Shown here piece after piece: positions 53,077-64,000 of a stretch of 64,000 bases of DNA. This DNA is from Felis catus (Eukaryota), in contig NC_058368.1 in assembly GCF_018350175.1 (NCBI RefSeq), forward strand, positions 74,092,001-74,156,000. Reading direction: 5' to 3'. Both the position numbers and the translations under genes were made by a program. The first letter of the stretch is position 1, and each line of letters begins with the position of its first letter. The notes under the pieces are model-generated. The model was not told the DNA's origin. It worked only from the letters and a program-made list of their open reading frames with translations, and did not search any database.

Positions 53077-53909
53077 CATCTGTGCTGTTCTAATGCATAC
53101 TATATTTTTAATGGTCTACTTCTCATATCTTAGAGAGGTAAACTATAATTTTCCATTATTATGGCAGATTTATACCATATTAGTCATTCTTTCAATCCTT
53201 GCTAAATATATTCTGAAGCAATAATGCTAGAAATGTGTAAATTTAAATAATTTCTATTTTTGTGATTAACGGATTTGTGACCATCTTGTGGGCCCACCTT
53301 ATCTTTACTATAATTTTACTCCAAAGTCTAATCCATCTGACATTAATACTGTTCATCAGCTGGCTGTTGTTTAACATGTATCTGGCACATTTTGTTTTTT
53401 ATTCTTCAAACTTTTTCATGCTTTGATACTTTTTAGAGAATTTTGTTGACTCTAGCCTAATTATCTTTATCTTTTTTCCCTTCAACAGTTCGGAATGTTT
53501 ACTAATCATCTCTAACTTTAGTGGGTCCCCTGCATATTATGATGTGCATATATAACATACCATAAAGTGAATTAATAACTCTATCCTGTTATAAAATAAT
53601 AAGAGGATCTTTGTTTTAACTTCAATTATTTTTCTCAAATTATCAACTCTTGTTATCTGTTTTTGTTTTCTGCTATTTTTGTGTTATATGCACAAATTAA
53701 CAAATGTTATGATGGTTATATGCACTTTTTATTTATATTATTTACATGGGTATAAATATCATACACACGAGTTCTTCCAGTTATTTGCCCTTAAATTTGT
53801 CTTTGATCTTGCAGTCACTGGAGACCGGCTGCTGGGAGTTTAAGAATCATTGACATAACCAGATATTGTCCTTGAAGTTGCACAGCGCTGAGGCCATTCT
53901 GGGCATAAA

Positions 53910-54190
53910 AAAGGAGCCCAAACTTCCAGTTACGAGATAAATACGTTCTGAGAATGTAACATCCAGAACACGACTATAGTTAACAATACTGTATTGCATG
54001 TTTGAAAGTTGCTAAGAAAGTAGATCTGAGAAGTTGTCACTACTGGAATAAAAAATGTAATGCTGCGTGATATCCAAGGTAACTAAAGTTACTGTAATGA
54101 TTATTTCACCATATATACATGTATCAAACAATATGCTATCCACCTTGTTCTAACACAATGGTATATGTCAATTATATCTCAATAGGAAAA
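53910..54190 (+). mobile_element. L1MA-like 3' end
   Basis: AACTTCCAGTTA...GACTATAGTTAACAATACTGTATTG...GAAAGTTGCTAAGA...GTCAATTATATCTCAATA. Confidence 0.85.
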
Positions 54191-56649
54191 GGAGACCTGA
54201 GGACAGAAAGACTACTTTTCAGGGTTGCTGGAGACAGGGGTAAGAAATAGTAAGACTCTAATCTAACAGTATGATAATAGGTTTAAATAGGATGTGATGA
54301 AAGCAAGAGGTATGTGGGAATTAAAGTGGTCCCTAGAAGTGTGTCTTTGTAGGAGAGGTTACATCCGGTGGTCAGGGAAAAGAAAAGAATTGAGCGTGAT
54401 TTCCAAGTCACTGACTTATTTACCTATACAGGAATTAGCATAGACATTCAACTTGAACCTTACAATCATGAGTGTGTTTCTGTTGCTTGTGTTGAAGATG
54501 CTTCTGACACAGCCAGTTGGGGATATGCAATAGGGAGCTGGAAATACGGGTTGGGGAGTGAAGAGGACTGAGGTAGCAGATTGGGAATCTTTCCTACAGA
54601 TGTGGTCAAGATCACACCTGTGCGGTACAAAGCCTGGAGGGACAGACCCAATTGTGTGTGCAAGGCTCTACACCCTTCTATCTGAAAGACTACAAGGGCC
54701 TCAGAGAAGCTTGTCTTCAGGTAGGCCCTTCCATCCTAGTGTTAAGGATGGTGTCATTATACTCATTCTGCTTTACAGCTTTGAAATTTAAAGAGAGGTA
54801 GTTTTGGGGACATACATTCCTATTAAAGTCTTTTTCTCGTGCTCTCTTTTTCGGTTCTGACCTTCAATATCATGTAAGTTGTAAAATGCGAGATTTTCTG
54901 TATATTTTAGAACACTTCTGTAAAGAAATAGTCTCCTACATCAGTGAGCAAAATGTTTCTAAAGAAGTTTTTTTTTTGAAAAATAAATATAAAATGATAG
55001 TGATTTTAGACTCATTTAAGTTTCCAAGCACTGTAAAGAAAACTGTAAAAGTCAGAATGAAGAAATCAGATATTCAGATCTTCTGACTGTAGTAATTTCT
55101 CACCTTTCACTTACTCAAAAAGCTTCCTGTGATTTTAAGTTTTTGCCAAGTACATGTCTTTCAACTACAAACTTTCACACCTACAATATAACCCAGATGG
55201 AGGGTTTATGCTTCTTGAATACTGAACCAGATCTACACCATGTTACGTAGTAAAGGCATTCAAGACAGCATTTAGTTTGATATGAAGCTGAAAAGTTTAA
55301 CAAAATCACTCCCTTACTCCCACCCTTACTTTGGTTCTGAAACGAAACTGGCCAGGACCTCAGCTAGTTAGTTTATTTGATCTTTGGGGGGAATTCATAG
55401 CGTCCTGCTTTTCCTCAACATTATTTGGAAAGGATACTTTCTCAAAGAGGTACCCTTTCATTAATGAAAATGCCTAAAGGGTCCTATCTACAAGAGTAAA
55501 ATGATTTATGAATTACACAGATCCTAGAGTATGGACATGAATTGTTTTCACAACTGATACCATTTCTCTATAATTAAGAACAAAGCTTGAATGTGCCCTT
55601 TTCTTTTCTGTTGCTCTGATAGCTGCACATCTAGACAAATTTTTTTAGCATTGTAATATACAAGTTGAAACCAACATTGTTTTCTACGAATAGATTCTGT
55701 ATTAGGCAGGATGCGTTTTGATTTGGTCTCCATTCACTTTTTTTTTTTTTTGGTAGAGTTTTTTGATGAAAGAGTATTGTTTAGTTTTGGAAATGGATTT
55801 GAAAGACAAAATGAAGTTTAATCAGTGGTTAAACTGAATCACAGTCAGGGACATTGATACAAGTCAATCTGAACGATGAGTTGGTAGGGGCGGAATTAAA
55901 ATGGTAATTTATGAAGACTACAGTTGTGTGTAGGTAGATGAGTTGGATCATATAATTTCAGACTATTGCATCCAAAGGATTACTCCCACCTTGGCAAGGA
56001 GTTCTTACTACATATGGAAGTTCTGGTCCTAGAAGGAACCTGTGAGCCTGGCCCTGTGAAAAGCTATGCTCACATTCCTAAAGACAAAGATGCTTGTTGA
56101 AACAGAACTAATTGCAGCTAGGTAATATGAAAAAGAATTTAAAGTTTTAGAGAAGTAACCCAATGATTTATTTCAGAAAAAGCAAAAAGACAAAGAGGTG
56201 GAAATGGTGGCAGAAAAAAAAAAATTAAGAGCTATTACGGATAGCTTCAGAATAGTTAATGCCAGAATAATAGAAATTCCAGAGTTAGAAAAATAAGCAC
56301 ATAATGGGAAACCGACGATTAGATAAATAAAGAAAAATTTACCGAGTTTAATAATGACAGGTATAAAAGGGTTCAAAAGGATAATTCAGAAATATAGTTA
56401 TAAGTGGATAAATAAACAGAAAGGTATGGACTATATCTCTTCTTTGGAAATTTAAAATACCCTTTGGTACCCATGTGAGTTTACTGTAGCTTGCCAGAGC
56501 CCCTGGGCACACTGCTTGAGAACCTTATATGATTGCAGGACAAGCCATCTGGATTTAATATCCAGGTTGTGAGCGTATTTCCAAAAAAAACCCTACTAGT
56601 GTCATTTTATCACTTGTGGACAAGTTATGTACTAATGCCTTGATGTCAC

Positions 56650-56721
56650 CCAAGGTAGACACATTGCATCTATGGCATGACCCCCGATCTCCATTCATGC
56701 GCTTTATGATATCCTCAAGGT
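56650..56721 (-). other. Weak candidate exon (72 nt, phase 1-1)
   Basis: Acceptor CTGATCACCCCTGTGTGCTTGTTCCACGCAG; open frame (D)LEDIIKRMNGDRGSCHRCNVSTL; weak donor TGG|GTGACA. Confidence 0.15.
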
Positions 56722-57069
56722 CTGCGTGGAACAAGCACACAGGGGTGATCAGAACTTTTGCAGTAATACGTTTCTTCCTATGAATGTATCTGAGGCAAAA
56801 CTCAAATACATAAATGAAGTCTAAGAATAAAGATCAGAAGGGAATCAATCCCCGAAGCCTCACAAGTTAAACATAAAAATCACTCTCCTGACAAGTCACT
56901 TGGATAAGATAACTCTCAGACATCATTTTGTTCAATGATAACTAAGTCCAACTCAAATGGAAACCTGGGAAGGGTTTGGGATATTTAGAAGTTAATTAGC
57001 CACCTGTGAGCCCCAAGTTTGCTCCTTCTAGAAGTAGGTGAGGACGTGAAAGGAAAGCTCACAGTAAAG

Positions 57070-57292
57070 CAGAGGTTGAACTATGTCTCTTGGGTCAAAT
57101 CCAGCGTCTGTCCTCTTTGTAAATAAAGTTTTATTGGAACTTGGCCTTGTCCATCCATTGCATATTTTCTCTGGCTCTTTTTGGGCTACAGCAGCAGATT
57201 GGAGTAGTTGCACCGCAACTAAATGGCTTGCAAAACCCCAATAATTACTGTTTGTCTGGATCTTCACAGAAAAAAAAAATTCCCAGCTTCAT
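57070..57292. mobile_element. MER58A-like hAT DNA transposon
   Basis: GGTCAAATCCAGC...TTTGTAAATAAAGTTTTATTGGAAC...GCTACAGCAGCAG...AGTAGTTGCA. Confidence 0.85.
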
Positions 57293-57723
57293 ACTAAATG
57301 GCGAGCTCTCCAAAGCATCTGCATTAATGACGGTGCCAGTGGTGGCTACTAGCATGATTTTGTCTCGTATTCAGATATAGGTATGTCCAACTCTGTGTAA
57401 ATTCATTTCAAACAAGATACCAAAGCCCCATGGTGAAGATATTAGGGAGAGATAATTACACCTAGAGTTCTGCAGAACATCCCTATCTCAACTACACATC
57501 CCTGAGCTAAGTCTCTCCCCCTGAAGCTGGGAATAGACGCAATTACATGTCAGCTTCAGTCACAGCATAAACAGAGCAAACTTCTGGTTCCAGTCCCTCA
57601 CTGCCACCTTCCAGACTGTCTAGAATTTCAAGTGGAGTAGATACATAAAGGCAAGACTGTACCCCAGTAGATGTGAAGCTAGTTTGAGAAGACATCAATA
57701 GGTAGATAGAAATAGTAATGTTA

Positions 57724-57942
57724 GGGGTGTCTGGGTGGCTCAGTCGGTTAAGCGTCCGGCTTTGGCTCAGGTCATGATCTCACGGTTTGTGAGTTTGAGC
57801 CTCCCGTTGGGCTCTGTGCTGACAGCTCGGAGCCTGGAGCCTGCTTTGAATTCTGTGTCTCCCTCTCTCTGCCTCTCTCCTGCTCACACTCTGTCTGTCT
57901 CTCTCTCAAAAATAAATAAACATTAAAAAAATTTAAAAAAAT
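57724..57942 (+). mobile_element. Can-SINE
   Basis: Head, (CT)n, tail; TSD AAATAG(T/C)AAT. Confidence 0.95.
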
Positions 57943-57987
57943 AAATAGCAATTTTGGAGACTTGGTATGATTGATATGAGTACTTTT

Positions 57988-58195
57988 AATATTTTTTAAT
58001 GTTTATTTATTTATTTTGAGAGAGAGAGTATAGGTGTGAGCGGGGGAGGGGCAGAGAGCTAGAGGAGAGAGAGAATCCCACGTAGGTTTGGCTCATAGAG
58101 CCTGACACAGGGCTTGAATCCACAAACTGTGAGATCATGACCTGAGTTGAAATCAAGAGTCAGATGCTTAACTGACTGAGCCACCCAGGCACCTC
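57988..58195 (-). mobile_element. Can-SINE
   Basis: TSD TGAGT(A/G)CTTTT. Confidence 0.93.
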
Positions 58196-58583
58196 TGAGT
58201 GCTTTTCCTATCAAAGCTGTCCCTTAGATGTCAAAGAAGTCAAGCTGTGAACTGGCTGTAGGAAAATATTCCCATTGTAGCTGATGCAAGATGAACAGCT
58301 CCTTTCCTGGCCGAAGACTCTTGTTATGGTTTCCAGCAGCAATTTCCATATAGTGAGAGGATTCTGTCTCAGACTTTGGAAGAACATCTTAACAAGAGAA
58401 ATCCATATTTAGAATTCATATGAAGTGGGTATGAGTCTGAATCCTCTAAGTCAGGTCAACAGGAAGTATCACTTAATTTTTTTCCTAAGTCAAGTTAATT
58501 TCCAGCTCACAGACCTATCCACTAACCTCTCTGGTAGAGTATCTTCTAGAAGCTCTCTGGGGGAGGAGAGGCTGTCCCTTTTC

Positions 58584-58812
58584 TAAAATGTTCACTTATT
58601 TTTGAGAGAGAGAGACAGAGACAGAGACAGAGACAGAGACAGAGAGCAAGCAGGGGAGGGGCAGAGAGAGAGGGAGACACAGAATCTGAAGCAGGCTCCA
58701 GGCTCTGAGATGTCAGCACAGAGCCAGATGTAGGGCTCGAACCCACAAACCATTGAGATCATGACCTGAGCCAAAGTCAGAGGCTCAACCAACTGAGCCA
58801 TCCAGGTGCCCC
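58584..58812 (-). mobile_element. Can-SINE with (GAGACA)n expansion
   Basis: TSD GGCTGT(C/G)CCTTTTC. Confidence 0.95.
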
Positions 58813-59231
58813 AGGGCTGTGCCTTTTCGAGGAACCCTTTGTCCTCCAGGGTTTTATAATGGTTTCCGTATCTTAGGCAAGCAAGACGGTTACTTGTGGA
58901 GGACGCCTTCCAGTTTCTGGAGGTCTTTCAAACACTAAACAATAAAATGTCCTCTATTCTTTTCGTTTATGGTCTCTTCATGTCTAGGAGTCTTCTTCAG
59001 CTTGAAGGCAACATTCTAAAAACCAACAGAAATTCAGCACTTAAAAACATACCTTTCAGTTAGTGTTTAATGGTTATAGAATTTCAGTTGGGGAAGAAGT
59101 CTAGAGAGATGGGGTGGTGATAGGTGCACAAAAATGTGTATGTAATAAGATGGAATTATATACTTAAAAACGGTTAACGTGGTACATTTTATGTTATGTA
59201 CATTTTGCTGCATTTAAAAAATGTACTCTCA

Positions 59232-59449
59232 GGGGAGCCTGGGTGGCTTGGTCAGTTGGGCGTCCGACTTCAGCTTGGGTCATGATCTCACGGTCCGTGA
59301 GTCTGAGCCCTGCGTCGGGCTCTGCACTGACAGCTCAGAGCCTGGAGCCTGCTTCAGATTTTGTGTCTCCCTCTCTCTCTGACCCTCCCCTGTTCATGCT
59401 CTGTCTCTCTCTGTCTCAAAAATAAATAAACATTAAAAAAAAAAGAAAT
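59232..59449 (+). mobile_element. Can-SINE
   Basis: TSD AAAAAATGTACTCT. Confidence 0.96.
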
Positions 59450-59495
59450 AAAAAATGTACTCTTCAAAATAAAAAAAAAGGGTTAAATGTTTTTA

Positions 59496-59712
59496 AATTT
59501 TTTTTTCAACGTTTTTTATTTATTTTTGGGACAGAGAGAGACAGAGCATGAACAGGGGAGGGGCAGAGAGAGAGGGAGACACAGAATCGGAAACAGGCTC
59601 CAGGCTCCGAGCCATCAGCCCAGAGCCTGACGCAGGGCTCGAACTCACGGACCGCGAGATCGTGACCTGGCTGAAGTCGGACACTTAACCGACTGTGCCA
59701 CCCAGGCGCCCC
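59496..59712 (-). mobile_element. Young felid Can-SINE
   Basis: Perfect 21-bp TSD AAAAAGGGTTAAATGTTTTTA at 59475 and 59713. Confidence 0.97.
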
Positions 59713-59799
59713 AAAAAGGGTTAAATGTTTTTATAGTTAATGATTAGATATATTTAAGATACCTTTAAGCTCCTATGTGATAAGCATTTACAGTTTCCT

Positions 59800-61520
59800 A
59801 AAAAGGGAGAAACTAATACAATTTCTTTCAATGATGCTACCAGAGAACTGATATCCAAATCAGGTGAAGTCTTCAAAAATTATAGGGCACTCTCTCTCAC
59901 TGGCATAAAAGGAAAAAGCTGGAACAAATATTGGCCATCCACATCTGCCAGTATATGAAGCAAATAGCCCTTCGTAATAACTGAAGTTTACTCGCCAGCT
60001 TTAAGGATGGATTAACATTAGAAAGTCATTAATGTATTCCACTGCATTTATAAGATTCTGTAGAATCGGTCACATATTCATGGTTTCAAAACAATCAAAA
60101 CAAATCTTAACTAACCAGGAATCGAAGGAACATGTCTGAAACTCATACCCAGTACCCGCCTACAGGTAACATACTTGAAGTTGAAACATTGGAGTATTCT
60201 TGTTAAAACTGGGATCAAGACAATGATTCCTGGTATAACCCTGCCTTTTTAATGTTGTCTTACAGATTTTAGCAAGAACAAAAGACAATAATTGGAGTAA
60301 GTGGTGTAAGACTTGAAAAGACAATGAAAATAAAAACGTCCATATTCACAGACGATATAATTTTGATTTAGGAAGTCTAATGAATTATTTGGAATGAATA
60401 AAGTTAACATAACACATTGATCAAGTGTGCCTGATATATGGGTCATATAAAACATTAACTAATTACTATATCCCAAAAAATGAAATTGATGAAATACACA
60501 TTACATAAATATATTATTTTTATTTCATTTTTATCAAAATTTTTAATGTTTATTTATTTTTAAAAGAGAAAGAGACAGAGTGTGAGTGGAAGAGGGGCAG
60601 AGGGAGAGGGAGAGAGAAGATCTGAAGCAGGCTGTAGGCTCTGGGCTGACAGCACAGAGCTCGATGTGGGACTCAGACCCACGAACCTTGATCATGACCT
60701 AAGCCAAAGTCAGTCGCTTAACCGACTGAACCACCCGGGTGCTCCAAATTACACAAAGATGTTATTTTTAAAAATCAACAAAATATGGCTCATGGGACTC
60801 CCTTGATTTAACTAGGCTGTGCAAAGTCAGTGTAAAGAAAATTACAGTACTTTATTGGAATACATTAAGAAAGACTTGATCTTAATATTGTAAAGATATC
60901 AATTCTCTTGAGTTTAGTATGTAACCAATACAATTCCAATAAAAACTTGCTACGTATTTTTCTTGCAAGGCAGAGAAAAATTGTAAGAATCTCTCTCTCT
61001 CTCTCAAATACTCATTCTATATCCATCTTGTAGCTTAGAGAACCTTTTACAAATGTACCCAGGGAGATACAGACAAGAGTATTCTTAGAAGATATTTGTA
61101 AAAAATAAATAAAGGAAACACGAACAAGGTCATCAAAATGAGAATAGAGTATGATATATTAGTACCATGAAGTTGTCCGGCAAGCAAACCGACTCAAAGT
61201 ATACACACGAATACGAACGAATCTTTGCAATAATATTTAGCAAGAGAGAGTTTGCAGAAGATCTGCTATGTGATACCATTTATACAGAATTTAAAAACAT
61301 AACATGATACTTCTGGAATTGCATACACAAACATAAGTTGTAAAATTTAAAGACATGCTTGGGAGTAATAATCACCAAAGTCAGGAAAGGGGAGGGGAGG
61401 GAATGGGGTCAGACGAGGGGAGAGATTTCGTGTGAACGACTCGAAGTGTGTACTTTGTAAGCGAGTGCTGGGTATCACTGTATTTCCCGGGTCACCGTTG
61501 GTATGTTTGTGTGGTTCCAC
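59800..61520 (+). mobile_element. Old L1 (L1ME-like) ORF2/3' remnant
   Basis: GGATGGATTAACATTAGAAA, GATCAAGACAA, TATTCACAGACGATATAATT, AATATTGTAAAGATATCAATTCTC, GATACCATTTATA motifs. Confidence 0.7.
60520..60745 (-). mobile_element. Can-SINE
   Basis: SINE body and T-rich tail. Confidence 0.92.
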
Positions 61521-63026
61521 TCTTTTGTAATGAAGGAAAAATGAGCATTTGATAAAAAGGAAAATTTACCCTGAGGGGCAGAAAGAAGGGCATATGACAT
61601 CAAGGGATAAACCAGGAGGACGACAGCGTGGGTAAGCTTTCTGAGCCTACCTCTGTCAGGGAAAACATTTAGACTCCTGGTTCAACAGCGACTGGAAAAC
61701 GACCTGGAGGTGGGGTGGGGTGGGGGACTCCAGCAGATTCCAACACAGAAAAGAAAACAAGGGCAGGGAGATAAAGGGTCTCCGGGACAGACAGAGAGAC
61801 AGACATGGAAAATGTTGCTTTAAGAGAGATGGACATCTCTTTCTTGGGGCAATGGGGGTAGACATTTCAAATGACACTCACATCTAGTCATGCACCAGAT
61901 AGTAAGGTGGGTAAGACACAGACTTGCTCTCCAGGAGCTGGTACAGCCTTGAGAAATAGATATGAAAGAATGACAAGAAAATGGATTTCAGAAATCAGAA
62001 AACCGAAGCTCACAGAGATAAGGTCAATTTCCCAAGGTCGGAATCAGGGAGGAGGGGAAATATTTGAGCCCAGAATACCTGAACAGAGAACCCATATTCG
62101 GTAACATCGCATTATATTAGCCTCCCTATGAGGACTCTGCCCCTACCTGAGGCATTTCTTCACATTCTGCTTTAGATTTTTTAGATTATTGTTTTTATGT
62201 CTGCCTGCTTGCCCTGCCAATTCAAAACTGTGTAAGTTTCTTAACAGATATCCTTCAGTAGCATCAGCAATGCTGAGCTATTTAGTAGATTTTCAACATA
62301 TACTTGCTAGGACAGATTACTATGACGGATTACCAGTTATTTGTGATTTCATTTATTGCTTAACAGGCTAAAATATAGTCTCTCCTGGTTATTTTAAGAT
62401 AATTTGTCACCGTGAGAGAATATCGAAGTTCCAGAAACTCTTTTTTTCTTTTTTCCCAACTTTGAGAGATTAAAATCTTAGACCTTTAATCTTTTATTTG
62501 GAAGTCTGTCAGTTTTGACAAGATGAACAGCCTTACGCCTCAATGAAGAGGTACTTTCTCTTTTGTGACAGGACTATGAAGGATACATGACATTTATTAT
62601 CAGCCGGTGAAAGAAAAGGTCTGAGAAACAGCTGACGAAATTCAGTGATAAATCTAAATAGCTTTTCACCACATTTTGGGACTGTTTTTCTTGAGTCATT
62701 TTTGTGAGCCCGGCAGCTAAGCAAGGCAAAATTATTTCTAACGCCATTAAAATGTCCTCCGCACTTCAAATGCATATGCTTATTTGTTCTTAGTGTTTCT
62801 CTGAGCAGAACAATTGTCTGAAAATAATGTCTGGCGTGTCTTTTCAGAGAAAGGTTAACGGAGAAGAGACTCAAAGTGCAGACACACAAAATTGTACTCA
62901 CTGCATTCTTTACTTTGGAAAACAGTTTTAAGTAGTTGAATTACTTATGAAGAGAGCATAGCAACGACAGCCGTGGAAGGCATCCTGCTTCTGGAAGTTT
63001 GTTTAATCAGTGGTAGCACTACCAAC

Positions 63027-63197
63027 CTCTGGTCTTTTCTGTTTCCCCATGAAAGCACCAATGAGGAATGTAATCTTCTAGAACAAACTGCTGAACTTTC
63101 GATTCTTCAGTAACCGTCATCCCTTTTGGTGAAGGACCCACATGGTTTTTTTCCTTTATAACACCGAAAACATTGCAGTCATGTTGAGCTACCTCTC
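63027..63197 (-). other. Weak candidate exon (171 nt, phase 1-1)
   Basis: Acceptor CTTCCTCAAATTTTCAG; donor GAG|GTTGGT; only one open frame, EVAQHDCNVFGVIKEKNHVGPSPKGMTVTEESKVQQFVLEDYIPHWCFHGETEKTR; protein not recognised. Confidence 0.2.
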
Positions 63198-63496
63198 CTG
63201 AAAATTTGAGGAAGTCTAGCCTCATTATATCAGACGATTATGGCATACTAAAGAGCCTTTGCACTCTACTTGATGCCTAAAGATTATTTAGAGACATTCA
63301 ATATTTATCATTTCATTACCAATAGGCTCTGGGTGGATAAGATTACAAAGATGGAGAACTTGTAGCTCATGAATGTTATTTCAAATTAATTGACAGTGAT
63401 ACAACATAGCATATGCTTCCCAGAACATGGCAACTGATTGCTAAAGGTTTATATAACATGAACAAATATAAGCATACGCTCAAAACGTCTTAGTTT

Positions 63497-63530
63497 TTTA
63501 TTTTTTTTAAATGTTTATTTATTTATTTTT

Positions 63531-63580
<50 letters not shown>

Positions 63581-63703
63581 TCCCAAGCAGACTCCCCACT
63601 GTCAGTGCAGAGACCGATGTGGGGCTGATCTCACCAACCCATGAGATCATGACCTGAGCCGAAATCAAGAGTTGGATGCTCAGCCAACAGCCACCAGCAA
63701 CCT
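63497..63703 (-). mobile_element. Can-SINE
   Basis: TSD CTCAAAA(C/T)GTCTTA. Confidence 0.92.
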
Positions 63704-63898
63704 CAAAATGTCTTAATTTTTAATGCTTTTTGACCCTTTTCTTAATTTTTGAGCAATAATTAATAAATACACTTTTAGAAAGACCTATAGACATGTTTAC
63801 CACCTTCTTCTCCTCACTTAAAAGTATCCCCATAGTGTGAAATATAGATTATGTCATTGGATATTCTGAATCCTTCAAAGCAAAATCCTTTACATATA

Positions 63899-64000
63899 TT
63901 TTTTTAATTTAATGTTTATTCATTTTTGAGAGAAAGAGAGAGGCGGAGTGTGAGCGGGTGAGGGGTAGAGAGAGAGGGAGACACAGAATCCGAAGCAGGA
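63899..64000 (-). mobile_element. Can-SINE, cut by the window edge
   Basis: Tail and (GA)n part of the body. Confidence 0.9.

Noticed and set aside
1..64000. CRISPR arrays, operons or other prokaryotic-type systems
   Set aside because: Mammalian repeat-rich DNA with no regularly spaced repeat-spacer array and no long coding regions

Overview
Mammalian, almost certainly felid (cat-family), non-coding DNA. The main evidence is about 33 tRNA-derived Can-SINEs, including copies with felid SINEC_Fc-type diagnostic bases, and carnivore-type L1 3' ends. The window also holds older L1, L2, MaLR/ERVL/ERV1 LTR and hAT (MER20, MER58A) remnants, one well-preserved solo ERV LTR (42923-43302), and many microsatellites. 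I cannot support any protein-coding gene, RNA gene or new biological system. The longer ORFs in the track fall in SINEs, LTRs or microsatellites, and none of the rest is a protein I recognise. The notable signals are small-scale: a 26:7 SINE strand bias, a SINE with an extra 3' tag, one target site hit repeatedly, close inverted SINE pairs, a phased triple octamer cluster, several perfect hairpins and templated duplications, and two weak, phase-compatible minus-strand exon candidates. Repeat family names come from recalled consensus similarity, not a database search, and boundaries of old elements are approximate.
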